From Patescibacteria group bacterium (lineage in GTDB: Bacteria > Patescibacteriota > Microgenomatia > UBA8517): DNA of 64,000 nucleotides. Under the pieces are notes generated by a model. The model did no database searches. It was not told the origin of the DNA and saw only the letters and a program-made list of their open reading frames with translations. The stretch is taken from the NCBI GenBank assembly GCA_041742135.1, contig JBGSJG010000001.1, positions 131,151 through 195,150 on the forward strand, read 5' to 3'. Both the position numbers and the translations under genes were made by a program. Shown here piece after piece: positions 1-10,069 of the stretch. Position 1 is the stretch's first letter; every line of letters starts with the position of its first letter.

Positions 1-638
1 TTGAGCCAAATTCTAGCAAAGAAACAAAAAGACTACTGGCCTTGGGTTTCAAAACCGCTTCTCCATCCTTACCTAGTAAAACCATTATTCTTGATTTAAA
101 TCTTTCAGAAGAAAAGCTTCTTGCCCAAATGCATCCAAAAACTCGCTATAACATCAAGCTTGCTGCCAAGCGTGGAATCAACATAGTTCACTCAGATAAA
201 GTAGAAGAATTTGCTGACTTTTGGCAAAAAAATCGTAAAGGAGCTCTTCCTCAAAAAAGATTCATCATAAATATTTTTAAGGCTTTTGACGATCAGGCTG
301 TGATTATTGAAGCCAAGTACAAAAGTGAATTGGTTGCCGCAGTTTTGCTACTTATTGCGAGTAAAACCGCTTACTATATGTATGCAGCTGCCAACACGCA
401 GGGCAAAAAACTTTTTGCGCCAACTCTCGCTACTTGGGAAGCAATTACACTCGCCAAAAAAATGGGTGCTACCGAGTTTGATTTTGAAGGCGTTTTTGAC
501 GAGCGCTTCCCATTGCCTTCCTGGGAAGGCTTTTCTAAATTTAAAAAAACGTTTGGCGGGCGAGAGCTCAGCTTTCCTGGCGCCTACAGAAGTTTTTATA
601 TTCGCAAAACTCGCAAAAAGGATGAGCTGAGCAGCTAA
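1..638 (+). CDS. FemAB-family peptidoglycan interpeptide-bridge transferase (GNAT fold), 5'-truncated by the window edge. The reading frame is open from nt 3, so the gene starts upstream of the window.
   Basis: Open frame from nt 3 with no upstream stop. Composition and motifs (…AAANTQGKK…FAPTL…) resemble the FemX/FemAB C-terminal half. The first in-frame start at 42 is TTG. Confidence 0.5.
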   Translation, partial: EPNSSKETKRLLALGFKTASPSLPSKTIILDLNLSEEKLLAQMHPKTRYNIKLAAKRGINIVHSDKVEEFADFWQKNRKGALPQKRFIINIFKAFDDQAVIIEAKYKSELVAAVLLLIASKTAYYMYAAANTQGKKLFAPTLATWEAITLAKKMGATEFDFEGVFDERFPLPSWEGFSKFKKTFGGRELSFPGAYRSFYIRKTRKKDELSS

Positions 639-3456
639 AATTACTGCTTTCAATCTCACGCCGTATCTCAAAAACCTCATCAACAACTTGCTTGATTTGA
701 TCCATGGAGCGAGTAGTTGAAATTTTTGTATTCTCATCCAAAAACCATAGTGTAAGTTTTATGTTTTCAAGTTTGCCTACAAAAGGCGGCTCAGAAATCT
801 TGACTGCTGCCAAAGCATACAGACTAAGCTGCAAGTTCTTGTCGACCTCCTTTTGAGTCGGGATACGGGCACCGGTTTTGTAATCAATAATTTCAATTCC
901 CCCAGAAGTCTTGTCCACCCTATCCATTACCCCACCGATTTTTAAAGGTGCCTCGCCGAGCACTTCCAAAGGAATTGTGAAAGGGCGCTCAAGAAGAACG
1001 GGTAAAGGCCTGTCTTTTTCAGATTTATAAAAAGATCTAAGCATATCTTGAGCTTTTTGAAAAGATTGCCTCTCGTGCGCCCGGCTTATAAATCCATCGT
1101 CAATCCAATTGGAAGAGAGAAAATTTTGCAAATTTTTAAGTGATGCTTTTTGCCCAGAAATTAAGCTTTCGTGATACGCCTTTATTGCTTTGTGGACCGA
1201 GCTTCCCAAAGAAAGCGCGCTACTGGCAGCTGTGGGAACACCAAGAATATATCGCAATTTATAGTGAAGTGGGCAAAGCTTAAATGCTTCAATTTGCGAA
1301 TAAGAAAGATAGTGAATGTGCAGTTTTTGGTGAGTGTCAGCGCGTGAGGGGGAAAGGGTTGGTGAAAAACTGGCTAAATCAGCCTTCTGTTCCTTTGTGT
1401 TCTCCTCTTCACTTTTTAAAACATCTTCACCGAGCGCTTCAAAAATAAAAGGAGAAAACTTTTTTGGGCGGCTTAGAGTCTCGCCGTAAAAATCTGAAGC
1501 CATAAAGAATAAATGGTCGCGGGCACGCGTCATACCGACATAAAACAAGCGGCGCTCCTCCTCAAGATGGACATCCCCTTCAGGCAAAATTTCCTTTAGT
1601 ATTCCGTCTGGCAAAGGAATTGCATCGTGCCTTCCCACACTCGGGAAGCGAAGAGAAACTAAGTTAACCAAAAAAACCACAGGAAACTCCAAGCCTTTCG
1701 AGGAATGAATTGTTAGAATGTTTACTGCATTTTGGGTCGTCCAGTCTTCCTCGGCTGCCCGTGGAGACTCGCCCATTTCGCTCGCGAGTTCAATCCAATC
1801 AACCACTTCAAAAACAGTGGCTCCGGCGTGATTGGCTTCGTAATTTTTAATGCGCTCAAACAATAGCCCAATGTTGGCAGTGCGCTTTTGCCGTTCTTCT
1901 GTATCTGGCTCAATATACTTTTGCATGATGTCCATATGAGTCAAAAAATCGTAAAGAATTTTGCCCGAGGAAGTGGCCTTTAAATTTACCTGTTGGCTAT
2001 TTATAATCTCTCGAAGTTTAGTCAAGATCACTTCTGAGCTTTCTTCTAACTCAAGATCGTGGGAACTTTCCAGAACCTCAAACAAAGTTTTATTTTTTCG
2101 TTTGGCATAGGTTGTCATTTTGATTAAATCAGATGGTATAACTGAAATCTCTGGCATCGACAAAACCTGATACATCGCGGCACTATCGTTTTGGTCGGTA
2201 AGAATTTTAAGATACGAAATCATCTCCACCACCTCGGGTTGAAGAAACAGTTTTTCGGGCCCCAGAAATTGAAAAGGCACATTGTGATATTTGAGTGAAC
2301 TTATAAACGGATCTGCGTGGGCATTAGCGCGAACCAATATTGCAAAATCGCTCCATGCCAGTTTGTGTTTATCTGCCAACTTTTTAATCGTTTGAGTAAC
2401 CGCCTCTGCTTCATCGGCAACTTTTTTTCTATGAATAAACCGAATGCTACTTTTGCCCTTTCTTTGAGAAACTAGTTTTTTATTTATTCCCTCACGAGAC
2501 TCCAGCCGATCTGGGTCGTTGTGTTTTATGAGCCTATAAGAAGCATCCAAAATTGTTTGGTTGCTACGATAATTTTTTGTTAAAACTGCCAATTTTGAAT
2601 TGGGAAATTTTTTCCTAAACTGCAAAACATTTGATACCGATGCTCCACGAAAACGGTAAATACTTTGGTCATCGTCCGCCACTGCGGTGATATTGGCGCG
2701 CTCTCCCGCAAGCATCAGGGCAAGCTCAAACTGAGAATAATTTGTATCCTGAAATTCGTCCACCATAATGTACTTATATTTTTTTTGATACTCTTTTAGG
2801 ATATTCGGGCGCTTTTTAAACAAGTCGAGCGTTTTAACAATTAAATCGCCAAAATCAAAAAAACCTGCATGGGCTTTCAACTCTTCATATTTTGCGTATG
2901 CATTTGAAAGCTCTTGCCATTTCTTCTTTTCAATTGCATCCATTTTCCTTTGCTTATTAACCCAATTTTTATAATCCCTCGGAGTAATATTTTCATCTTG
3001 AAGGCGGCTAAAGTGCGTCACCATTCCTTCGACAAATTTCGTTGGATTTCCTACGGGGCGAAAATAATCTAAATCAAATTCATACATATTTTTTCGGAAA
3101 AACTGAATCGTTTCAGCGCGGCTCAGAAGTGAATAGTCTGTCGTTAATCCAATAGCCAGCACTTCATCTCGCAAGACGCGATCACAAAAACCATGGAATG
3201 TTGAGATCTGCATCTCGGTGTACCCATAAGGCATAGCCACATCGACTCGCTCCTGCATTTCGGCTGCTGCTTTTTCTGTGAAAGTTAAGGCCAACACCTC
3301 GGACGGTTTTGCAGCACCAGTTTTGATTAAGCGCAAAATTCTCTCTGTTATTACTGTAGTTTTTCCAGTCCCCGCTCCAGCAATAATAAGCAGCGGCCCC
3401 CGACCGTGCTTTACAGCTGACAGTTGTTCTTTGTTTAGCTTTTTAGCGACCATCAT
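568..3456 (-). CDS. Single-chain helicase-nuclease: UvrD/PcrA-type SF1 helicase fused to a C-terminal PD-(D/E)XK Cas4/AddB-like nuclease with a 4Fe-4S Cys cluster.
   Basis: N-terminal Walker A (IIAGAGTGKTTVITER) and UvrD motifs (DEFQDTN, TKNYRS, TIHSSKGLEFPVVFL). The C-terminus has the nuclease core (IIDYKTG) plus CPLHYKL…CEFCEYKNFC, i.e. C…CxxCx5C, which is the Cas4/AddB Fe-S signature. Confidence 0.8.
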   Translation of the reverse strand: MMVAKKLNKEQLSAVKHGRGPLLIIAGAGTGKTTVITERILRLIKTGAAKPSEVLALTFTEKAAAEMQERVDVAMPYGYTEMQISTFHGFCDRVLRDEVLAIGLTTDYSLLSRAETIQFFRKNMYEFDLDYFRPVGNPTKFVEGMVTHFSRLQDENITPRDYKNWVNKQRKMDAIEKKKWQELSNAYAKYEELKAHAGFFDFGDLIVKTLDLFKKRPNILKEYQKKYKYIMVDEFQDTNYSQFELALMLAGERANITAVADDDQSIYRFRGASVSNVLQFRKKFPNSKLAVLTKNYRSNQTILDASYRLIKHNDPDRLESREGINKKLVSQRKGKSSIRFIHRKKVADEAEAVTQTIKKLADKHKLAWSDFAILVRANAHADPFISSLKYHNVPFQFLGPEKLFLQPEVVEMISYLKILTDQNDSAAMYQVLSMPEISVIPSDLIKMTTYAKRKNKTLFEVLESSHDLELEESSEVILTKLREIINSQQVNLKATSSGKILYDFLTHMDIMQKYIEPDTEERQKRTANIGLLFERIKNYEANHAGATVFEVVDWIELASEMGESPRAAEEDWTTQNAVNILTIHSSKGLEFPVVFLVNLVSLRFPSVGRHDAIPLPDGILKEILPEGDVHLEEERRLFYVGMTRARDHLFFMASDFYGETLSRPKKFSPFIFEALGEDVLKSEEENTKEQKADLASFSPTLSPSRADTHQKLHIHYLSYSQIEAFKLCPLHYKLRYILGVPTAASSALSLGSSVHKAIKAYHESLISGQKASLKNLQNFLSSNWIDDGFISRAHERQSFQKAQDMLRSFYKSEKDRPLPVLLERPFTIPLEVLGEAPLKIGGVMDRVDKTSGGIEIIDYKTGARIPTQKEVDKNLQLSLYALAAVKISEPPFVGKLENIKLTLWFLDENTKISTTRSMDQIKQVVDEVFEIRREIESSNFSCSAHPFCEFCEYKNFCRRQES

Positions 3457-4417
3457 CGATTTGAGTAGGCGGCTCTGGGGTAGTCAGATTCACGCTTGCA
3501 ACTTTTTGTCCAAGTTTTCCAAAAGTATTTACCACATTACCCATTGCGTTATTGGCATTTACAACATGCTTTTGTAATACCGACAAGCTCTCGTCCACTT
3601 TTTCGTAGTCTTTTCTAATTGCTCGGATTGCTCCTAAAACCTCTTTTGCTTTAAGACTCACAGCTTGGCCTTCAAAACTCATAAGAATCGCTCGCATGTA
3701 TGCGTAAAAAGTCGTAGGGGAAACGGGAAGTATTCTCTTTTTGCTAGCGTAATCAAAGAGGTCTGCGTTGTTGACTATTTCGTAGTACACCGCCTCGGAC
3801 GGAATATACATTAGTGCATAGTCAATCGTCCCTTCGTCGGCCAAAATATACTTTCGGCCGATGTCGTCTATGTGTTTTTTAACATCTCTTTCAAAATCAC
3901 GAAGCACACGAGCGCGTTCGGCCTCATCAGGAGTTGCCATAAGTTTTCTAAAATTTTCCATTGGGAACTTTGAATCAATTGGCACAATCCCAGCTGAAGT
4001 CTTAATTGCAGCGTCGACCTTTTCACCTGATTTAAAAGCGTACTGCAAGTGAAATGAATTTTTAGGGAGCATCTGTCCCAAAAGCTCTTTTAAAATGTGT
4101 TCGCCCATGTTCCCTCGAAGTTTAGGACTTTGCAAAAATTCCTGGAGCTCTTTCATGCCGCGTCCTATTTCGTTCATTTCGCCTAAATTTTTTTGAACCT
4201 GCGAAATGACCCGCGCCGCGGAGTCTAGTCTTTGATTGATGTCGCTTGAGTTTCTCTGCAGCGACTCAAGCATCATCTGTCTATCTTTTACTGAAGTGTC
4301 TTGGAGCATCGAGAAAATTTTAAGCATGTCGCCTGAGGGTTTTAGTTTATAGTTGATAAAATACAAAACTACCAAAAACCCCACTACAATTACTGCTATT
4401 ATTAGAAGTACATCCAC
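3443..4417 (-). CDS. rmuC: DNA recombination protein RmuC
   Basis: N-terminal TM helix, a coiled-coil middle region and a conserved RmuC C-terminal domain (…GTIDYALMYIPSEAVYYE…KRILPVSPTTFYAYM…). Confidence 0.75.
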   Translation of the reverse strand: MDVLLIIAVIVVGFLVVLYFINYKLKPSGDMLKIFSMLQDTSVKDRQMMLESLQRNSSDINQRLDSAARVISQVQKNLGEMNEIGRGMKELQEFLQSPKLRGNMGEHILKELLGQMLPKNSFHLQYAFKSGEKVDAAIKTSAGIVPIDSKFPMENFRKLMATPDEAERARVLRDFERDVKKHIDDIGRKYILADEGTIDYALMYIPSEAVYYEIVNNADLFDYASKKRILPVSPTTFYAYMRAILMSFEGQAVSLKAKEVLGAIRAIRKDYEKVDESLSVLQKHVVNANNAMGNVVNTFGKLGQKVASVNLTTPEPPTQIDDGR

Positions 4418-4783
4418 ATGCCCATTGTATCAGACAAGATAAAATCTAAAGTCAAGCGTAGGAGGGAAAAAAAGATCGCTTACAAAAGCCGCCTGCCTTT
4501 AACTCTGGTTACTGCAGCCATTTGGGGAATACTCATATCAGTTGTGCTTTTTTTAGATCCCTCGCGAAGCTGGGCTCTGGAGATATTTTTGATTAGCTTA
4601 TACTTGTGTTTGCTTTTAACCATTTCACTTTTTACCAAGAAGGTTTGGCAAGGGCTTCTGTGGGCTTCGGCAACTACCTTGTTTCTTGTCTTAAGATACG
4701 TTGGTATTGGAAATCTGTTTAATTTTTTTCTTATCATTGGAGTGGTGTTGGTCGTAGAATTTCGTCTTTTAAAGCGACCTTGA
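4418..4783 (+). CDS. Hypothetical small membrane protein with 3-4 hydrophobic helices. The ORF is questionable: its only Met abuts the rmuC start codon, leaving no room for divergent promoters.
   Basis: ORF-track entry only. Hydrophobic segments are present. There is no intergenic space upstream. Confidence 0.25.
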   Translation: MPIVSDKIKSKVKRRREKKIAYKSRLPLTLVTAAIWGILISVVLFLDPSRSWALEIFLISLYLCLLLTISLFTKKVWQGLLWASATTLFLVLRYVGIGNLFNFFLIIGVVLVVEFRLLKRP

Positions 4784-4825
4784 CTGGCTGTGGTCGTATT
4801 TATATACTGGTTTAGTTGACTAAAC

Positions 4826-5179
4826 ATGCGATCTTCAAATAATAAAATCAACAAATTACTCAAACGGCAAATCGACGATCTGTTTTTAAAGACAATACTG
4901 GATCTTAAAAATCCTGTCGAAACGGAGGATTTTGTTAATGATTTTTTAACTGAGTCGGAGCGAGACGTTTTGGCAAAACGGCTGGGGGTTGCCTATTGGC
5001 TTAAAAAGGGCAGAAGCTACGCTAACATAAAAGAGAACCTCAAGGTAAGTAGTGCAACAATCTCTAGTGTTCAAGGTATTTTAAAGCACAAAGGTGTTGA
5101 AAATGCGCTTAAAAAAATGGAGGCTGAGGAATGGGCTTCCCAGTGGACCGAGAAGATTAAAAAGTTTGTACGTAAATAG
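4826..5179 (+). CDS. TrpR-related YerC/YecD-family small DNA-binding protein
   Basis: About 115 aa with a helix-turn-helix-like segment (…YANIKENLKVSSATISSVQ…) typical of the TrpR-like YerC family. Confidence 0.5.
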   Translation: MRSSNNKINKLLKRQIDDLFLKTILDLKNPVETEDFVNDFLTESERDVLAKRLGVAYWLKKGRSYANIKENLKVSSATISSVQGILKHKGVENALKKMEAEEWASQWTEKIKKFVRK

Positions 5180-5230
5180 GATTTCTTCATTAGGTTTGGG
5201 GGTACGACGCTTCGTGTTAAAATAGTCCAG

Positions 5231-6622
5231 ATGGCCAATAAATTTTATATAACAACTGCAATTGACTACACAAATGACGTAGTTCATATAGGCCACTCCT
5301 ACCAAAAAATATTGGCGGATGCCCTCGCTCGTTACCATCGTTCTGTTGGCGATAACACCTTTTTTTTGACAGGAACTGATGAACATGGGCAAAAGGTAGA
5401 AAAAAGCGCAAAAGACAAAAATATTGACCCTAAAAAGTTTGTAGACGAGATTGCCAGCAAAGATCGTGAACAATGGGAACAGTTAAACATTTCATTCGAT
5501 AGATTTATAAGAACCACAGACGAAGATCACATAAAAGTAGCTCAGGATTTTTTTTCAAAAGCTAAAGAGAACGGCGATATCTATTTAGACAAATATGAAG
5601 GTCTGTATTGCGAGGGATGTGAGGCATATTATGAAGAAAAAGATCTGATCGACGGGAAATGCCCTTTTCACCCAAACAAGGAAATACAAAAAATTTCCGA
5701 GGAGAATTATTTTTTTAGACTCTCGAAATATCAAGATTTTTTAAAGGACTACATTTCCAAGCACCCAGAGTTTGTCCAGCCTGAGAACCGTCGAAATGAA
5801 ATATTGGCATTTATTAACTCCGGACTTAAAGACTTTTCCGTAAGTCGACAGAATGTCTCTTGGGGTATTCCTGTTCCCGGTGACGATAACCACACAATCT
5901 ATGTGTGGTTTGATGCACTCATTAACTATTACACTTACGGAGAACAAGTTAACGCTTGGCCTGCAGACGTTCATGTACTTGGCAAGGACAATCAACGCTT
6001 CCATGCGATTTATTGGCCTGCGATGCTTCAATCGGTCGGCTTACCACTGCCAAAAACTATATTGGTTCACGATTTTTTTAGTCTCAACGGTCAAAAAATT
6101 AGCAAGTCACTTGGCAATGTAATTCTTCCAAGCGATCTAGTAAAACAATTCGGTACAGACGGTGTGCGATACTTTTTTTTGAGACATGGTCCGATCGTAG
6201 ACGATGTAGACATAACTATTGAAAAAATTGCCGATTCTTATAATGCAGATTTGGCCAATGGATTGGGCAATTTAGTTTCTCGTATTGCGGCATTATGCGA
6301 AAAATCAACATTTACTTTTCCGCTTAAGGAATCTAAAAGCGATCATCACGTAAATCATGCCATGGATCGCTTTCGCCCAGACGAAGCGCTTGAAACAATT
6401 TGGGGACACATAAAACACACTGATCAGTATTTATCTGAAAGTACGCCTTGGAAAAAAGAGGGAGATGAATTGTTTGAAATTCTCTCTACTGTAGTTGACG
6501 AAGTGCGGCTAATCGGCTCACTTCTTGTTCCGTTTCTTCCGACCACTGCCGAAAAAATTCGTCGTCAATTTGACGAAACAAAGATTAAATCACAAGAGCC
6601 ACTTTTCCCCCGTATTACATAA
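5231..6622 (+). CDS. metG: Methionyl-tRNA synthetase (short form)
   Basis: Class I HIGH motif (VHIGHSY), the Cys knuckle CEGCEAYY…CPFH, and KMSKS as KISKSLGN. The MetRS core is recognisable throughout. Confidence 0.9.
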   Translation: MANKFYITTAIDYTNDVVHIGHSYQKILADALARYHRSVGDNTFFLTGTDEHGQKVEKSAKDKNIDPKKFVDEIASKDREQWEQLNISFDRFIRTTDEDHIKVAQDFFSKAKENGDIYLDKYEGLYCEGCEAYYEEKDLIDGKCPFHPNKEIQKISEENYFFRLSKYQDFLKDYISKHPEFVQPENRRNEILAFINSGLKDFSVSRQNVSWGIPVPGDDNHTIYVWFDALINYYTYGEQVNAWPADVHVLGKDNQRFHAIYWPAMLQSVGLPLPKTILVHDFFSLNGQKISKSLGNVILPSDLVKQFGTDGVRYFFLRHGPIVDDVDITIEKIADSYNADLANGLGNLVSRIAALCEKSTFTFPLKESKSDHHVNHAMDRFRPDEALETIWGHIKHTDQYLSESTPWKKEGDELFEILSTVVDEVRLIGSLLVPFLPTTAEKIRRQFDETKIKSQEPLFPRIT

Positions 6623-6623
6623 A

Positions 6624-8114
6624 ATGAAAAAATTCATCCGCAGCCACTACCGCTTTTTCTATAGACTACTAGAAATTCTTCCTGGCCTTTTTTCTTGGAA
6701 CTTGATCCTTTTTCCCTACTGGGGCATTTTTGTAATGCCGAACGCCGTCGCTTATTTCGTACTTTTATTTAACATTTATTGGTTTTACCAATCTTTTCAA
6801 ATCGCAATTAGCGCCACACTGTCGCATTTTAGAATGCAGGCCGCTATGAAATATGATTGGGTGGAGGATCTTAAGAGTTTTCCCGACTGGCAGAAAGTAC
6901 ATCACGTAGTCCTTATTCCAACCTACAAAGAGCCCTTACATGTTCTGGCACGCACCATCGAATCACTGGCAAAACAAACTCTTCCTCTAAAACAAATTAC
7001 TGTAGTTCTGGCCATGGAAGCTCGAGAGCCGGAAAGCGATCGACAAGTAAAAGTAGATGCTCTTAAGAAAAAATATGGAGCAGGTTTTGGGAACTTTTTG
7101 GTCACAGTCCACACGCTAAAACCAGGAGAAATAATTGGCAAATCATCCAACGAACGCCATGCGGCCATTGAGGTCAAAAAACAATTGGTTGACGACGGTG
7201 AGTATGACATAAATTACATGACAGCAACGAGCTGTGATGCTGACCATGTTTATCACCAAAACCACTTTGCATCTCTTACTTTTAAGTTTCTTGATAACCC
7301 CAAACGCTACAATTTCTTCTGGCAACCGGCAGTCATGTTTTACAACAACATTTGGGAGTTGCCCGCCATAACTCGCGTTCCTGCGACGTTAAGCTCTATT
7401 TGGAATTTGTCACAATTGCCTCGCCGAGACAGGCTTATTAACGCACAAAATTATACTTTGTCATATAAATTACTTGATGAAGTTGACTACTGGGACCCTG
7501 ATAAAATTCCTGAAGATTGGGGCATTTTCTTTAAAGCCTTTTATGCCAAAAAGGGTGGAATCGAAGTTGAGCCAATTTATCTGCCTCTTAGTGCTGATGC
7601 TGTGCAGTCTACTACGCTACTTAAAACTCTTAAAAGTCAATATCAGCAACAAAAACGCTGGGCGTGGGGAGTCTCAGACGATCCTTGGATTATCAAAAAT
7701 TATCTTTTTGTGCCCGGAGTGCCTTTTGTCGACAAGACCACTCGTCTTTTCTCGGTAATCTGGCAACATTTTATGTGGCCGGTGAATTGGTTTATTGTCA
7801 CTGTCGGACTAACGCTTCCAACAATCATCAATCCCGCATTTGGCCGCACGACTTTGGGCTACACAGTTCCAAAAATTTCTTCGTTCGTTCTTACTCTAGC
7901 TCTTGCTTTCCTAATAGTAATGCTTGTTTTGGATAGAATTTATAAACCCAAAAGACCCAAGAACTTTCCTCTTTGGCGAGCAATGTTAACTCCTTTTGAG
8001 TTTATCCTCATGCCTTTTGCAGGTTTCGTTTTTGGGGCCCTTCCCGGCCTTGATGCTCACACGCGCCTTATGCTTGGAAAATACATTGAGTACAGAGTAA
8101 CTGAAAAGGTTTAA
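6624..8114 (+). CDS. Processive family-2 glycosyltransferase (cellulose/chitin-synthase-like), membrane-embedded
   Basis: GT2 motifs: VVLIPTYKE, CDADH (DxD) and QQQKRWAWG (QxxRW), with multiple TM helices at both ends. The start is re-set to the ATG at 6624, 2 nt after the metG stop, because the longer 6525 ORF overlaps metG. Confidence 0.75.
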   Translation: MKKFIRSHYRFFYRLLEILPGLFSWNLILFPYWGIFVMPNAVAYFVLLFNIYWFYQSFQIAISATLSHFRMQAAMKYDWVEDLKSFPDWQKVHHVVLIPTYKEPLHVLARTIESLAKQTLPLKQITVVLAMEAREPESDRQVKVDALKKKYGAGFGNFLVTVHTLKPGEIIGKSSNERHAAIEVKKQLVDDGEYDINYMTATSCDADHVYHQNHFASLTFKFLDNPKRYNFFWQPAVMFYNNIWELPAITRVPATLSSIWNLSQLPRRDRLINAQNYTLSYKLLDEVDYWDPDKIPEDWGIFFKAFYAKKGGIEVEPIYLPLSADAVQSTTLLKTLKSQYQQQKRWAWGVSDDPWIIKNYLFVPGVPFVDKTTRLFSVIWQHFMWPVNWFIVTVGLTLPTIINPAFGRTTLGYTVPKISSFVLTLALAFLIVMLVLDRIYKPKRPKNFPLWRAMLTPFEFILMPFAGFVFGALPGLDAHTRLMLGKYIEYRVTEKV

Positions 8115-8122
8115 TTGAATAA

Positions 8123-9655
8123 TTGCTTCAGATGCCGCTATACTTAAAAATAATGCGGCACGCCTTCCACGAACCCAAGTGGCTACAGAAGATCCATGCT
8201 CCTTCGTGGGTGGTTTTAATCCTAGCCATTATTTTTATCTTTCGCATTCCCTCTTTCTTTGAACCTTTTTATTACGGCGATGAGATGATTTACCTGAACC
8301 TTGGCGAAGCTACCAAGCGGGGAATGGTTTTATATCGTGACATTCACGACAACAAGCCTCCGCTTTTATATTTAACCGCGGCTGTTGCTGGAAACGTGTT
8401 TTGGTTTCGAGCAATTTTGGCTGGATGGATGATGCTGACCACAGTTGCTTTTTGGCGACTATGCACGGCTCTATTTATCAAAAATCAATGGATTGTTAAG
8501 TCTTCAGTCGTAGCTTTTGCAATACTCACCACACTACCTCTTTTAGAAGGCCAATGCGCCAACGCAGAGCTATTCATGATTGGCCCGACGATTTTGGCCT
8601 TTTATGTACTTCTGACAAAAAAACTTAACGCAATCAATTTGTTTGCAGCCGGACTGTTGCTGTCCGTAAGCACACTTTTCAAAGTACCTGCAGCTTTTGA
8701 TATTGGAGCAATTATCTTTTTGTGGTTAGTTACTATTAAACTAAGACGCAAAGATCTAACCAACTTCGTGCGCCAGAATTTGCTTTTGGTTGCTGGTTAT
8801 CTACTTCCAATTCTTGTTAGTTTAGTTTGGTACTATTCACGCGGCGCGATCAGCGAGTACCTTATTGCTGCATATTTACAAAATTTCGGTTATTTATCTT
8901 CATGGAGAGCCGGTGGCGCAGCCGAGCCTTTCCTTGTTAAAAACGGCCCACTTCTGCTTCGTGGGGCGGTTTTGCTTGTAGGGCTTGGGGTCATGTGGTT
9001 TTTCAGAAACAAACTTACTCGACAATTTATGTTCGTGGTTGGCTGGTTCTTGTTCGCACTTTTCGCGGCGACTTTGTCTGAAAGACCATATCCTCACTAT
9101 CTGATCCAGGTAGTTCCTGCGGTCAGCATACTTGTGGGCATGCTACTTGCGTCGCGATCGGTTCAACAGTCACTCGTAGTTGTACCGCTGTTTGTGTTAG
9201 TGATAGCCGTAATTCGTTTTCAATTTTGGTATTACCCAAGCGCCCCATATTACGAGAGGTTTGTGTCATACGCGTTAGGGGAGAGCACGCACGAGGAATA
9301 CTTTAACTCTTTTGACGCAGCAACAACTAGAAACTACGAAATCGCTAAGTTTATAGTTACCTCGACTCACGAAGACGACAAGATTTTTGTCTGGGGAGAT
9401 TCACCTACCATCTATGCGCTGTCAAAAAGATTTCCACCACTTAAATATGTTGCCACTTATCATATAAATGATTTTTCCTCGCCCGTAGAAACAATATCAG
9501 CTATCAGCGAAAACAAGCCAAAGTTAATCATTGTTTTGCCCAATTCCCAGTCTTTCCCCGAGCTTGAGGCTTTCATTCGCAATTATTATATTGAAATAGA
9601 AAAAATTGACGGTGCTGGAATATGGATGTTTTCAAATTCGCTGAGCCTCCTTTAA
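8123..9655 (+). CDS. GT-C fold glycosyltransferase (ArnT/PMT family-39-like), polytopic membrane protein
   Basis: At least 10 TM helices. The first extracytoplasmic loop carries YYGDEMIYLNLGE…DNKPPL, a DE-containing loop characteristic of the ArnT/PMT_2 family. Confidence 0.6.
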   Translation: MLQMPLYLKIMRHAFHEPKWLQKIHAPSWVVLILAIIFIFRIPSFFEPFYYGDEMIYLNLGEATKRGMVLYRDIHDNKPPLLYLTAAVAGNVFWFRAILAGWMMLTTVAFWRLCTALFIKNQWIVKSSVVAFAILTTLPLLEGQCANAELFMIGPTILAFYVLLTKKLNAINLFAAGLLLSVSTLFKVPAAFDIGAIIFLWLVTIKLRRKDLTNFVRQNLLLVAGYLLPILVSLVWYYSRGAISEYLIAAYLQNFGYLSSWRAGGAAEPFLVKNGPLLLRGAVLLVGLGVMWFFRNKLTRQFMFVVGWFLFALFAATLSERPYPHYLIQVVPAVSILVGMLLASRSVQQSLVVVPLFVLVIAVIRFQFWYYPSAPYYERFVSYALGESTHEEYFNSFDAATTRNYEIAKFIVTSTHEDDKIFVWGDSPTIYALSKRFPPLKYVATYHINDFSSPVETISAISENKPKLIIVLPNSQSFPELEAFIRNYYIEIEKIDGAGIWMFSNSLSLL

Positions 9656-10069
9656 TTGAATACACCCACAGGCGTAATATACAATAAGCTCGCAATGAAA
9701 AGTTTATCTTTTAAATTTACGGCTTTCGTGGAACTCATACCTGGAAAAAAAATTGGTTTGGGGTTTATTCTTGTAAATGCTCTGGCAATTTTGGTGGTCT
9801 ATATAATGTCTCACTTAATCCTTCCTCCTTCTGTCCCACTTTTCTACGGTAAGCCGTACGGCGCTGAACAATTGGCATCTGCTTTACACTTGGTCATTCC
9901 ACCCTTGGCCGCGATTGTCCTGTCAGCTGTCAACGTTGTAGTTAGTCGAGTTGCAAAGGACGAATTCATAAATAACGTTTTATTTGGAGCGATAGCAGTC
10001 GTCACGCTCCTTTCTTTGATAACCATAGTCAAAATTATCTTTTTAGTCGGAAATATTAATGTTATTTGA
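9656..10069 (+). CDS. Hypothetical small polytopic membrane protein within the glycosylation operon
   Basis: Hydrophobic 137-aa ORF in series with the flanking genes. No recognisable motif. Confidence 0.35.
   Translation: MNTPTGVIYNKLAMKSLSFKFTAFVELIPGKKIGLGFILVNALAILVVYIMSHLILPPSVPLFYGKPYGAEQLASALHLVIPPLAAIVLSAVNVVVSRVAKDEFINNVLFGAIAVVTLLSLITIVKIIFLVGNINVI

Noticed and set aside
307-737. Nested ORFs (307..630 +, 348..737 -) inside the FemAB-like / helicase 3' region
   Set aside because: They are alternative-frame or antisense shadows of longer ORFs with recognisable motifs.
4418-4783. 121-aa membrane ORF starting 1 nt from the rmuC start
   Set aside because: Not rejected outright, but it is doubtful. 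Back-to-back start codons leave no promoter space, and it has only a single Met and no RBS-like sequence. It is kept as a low-confidence feature.
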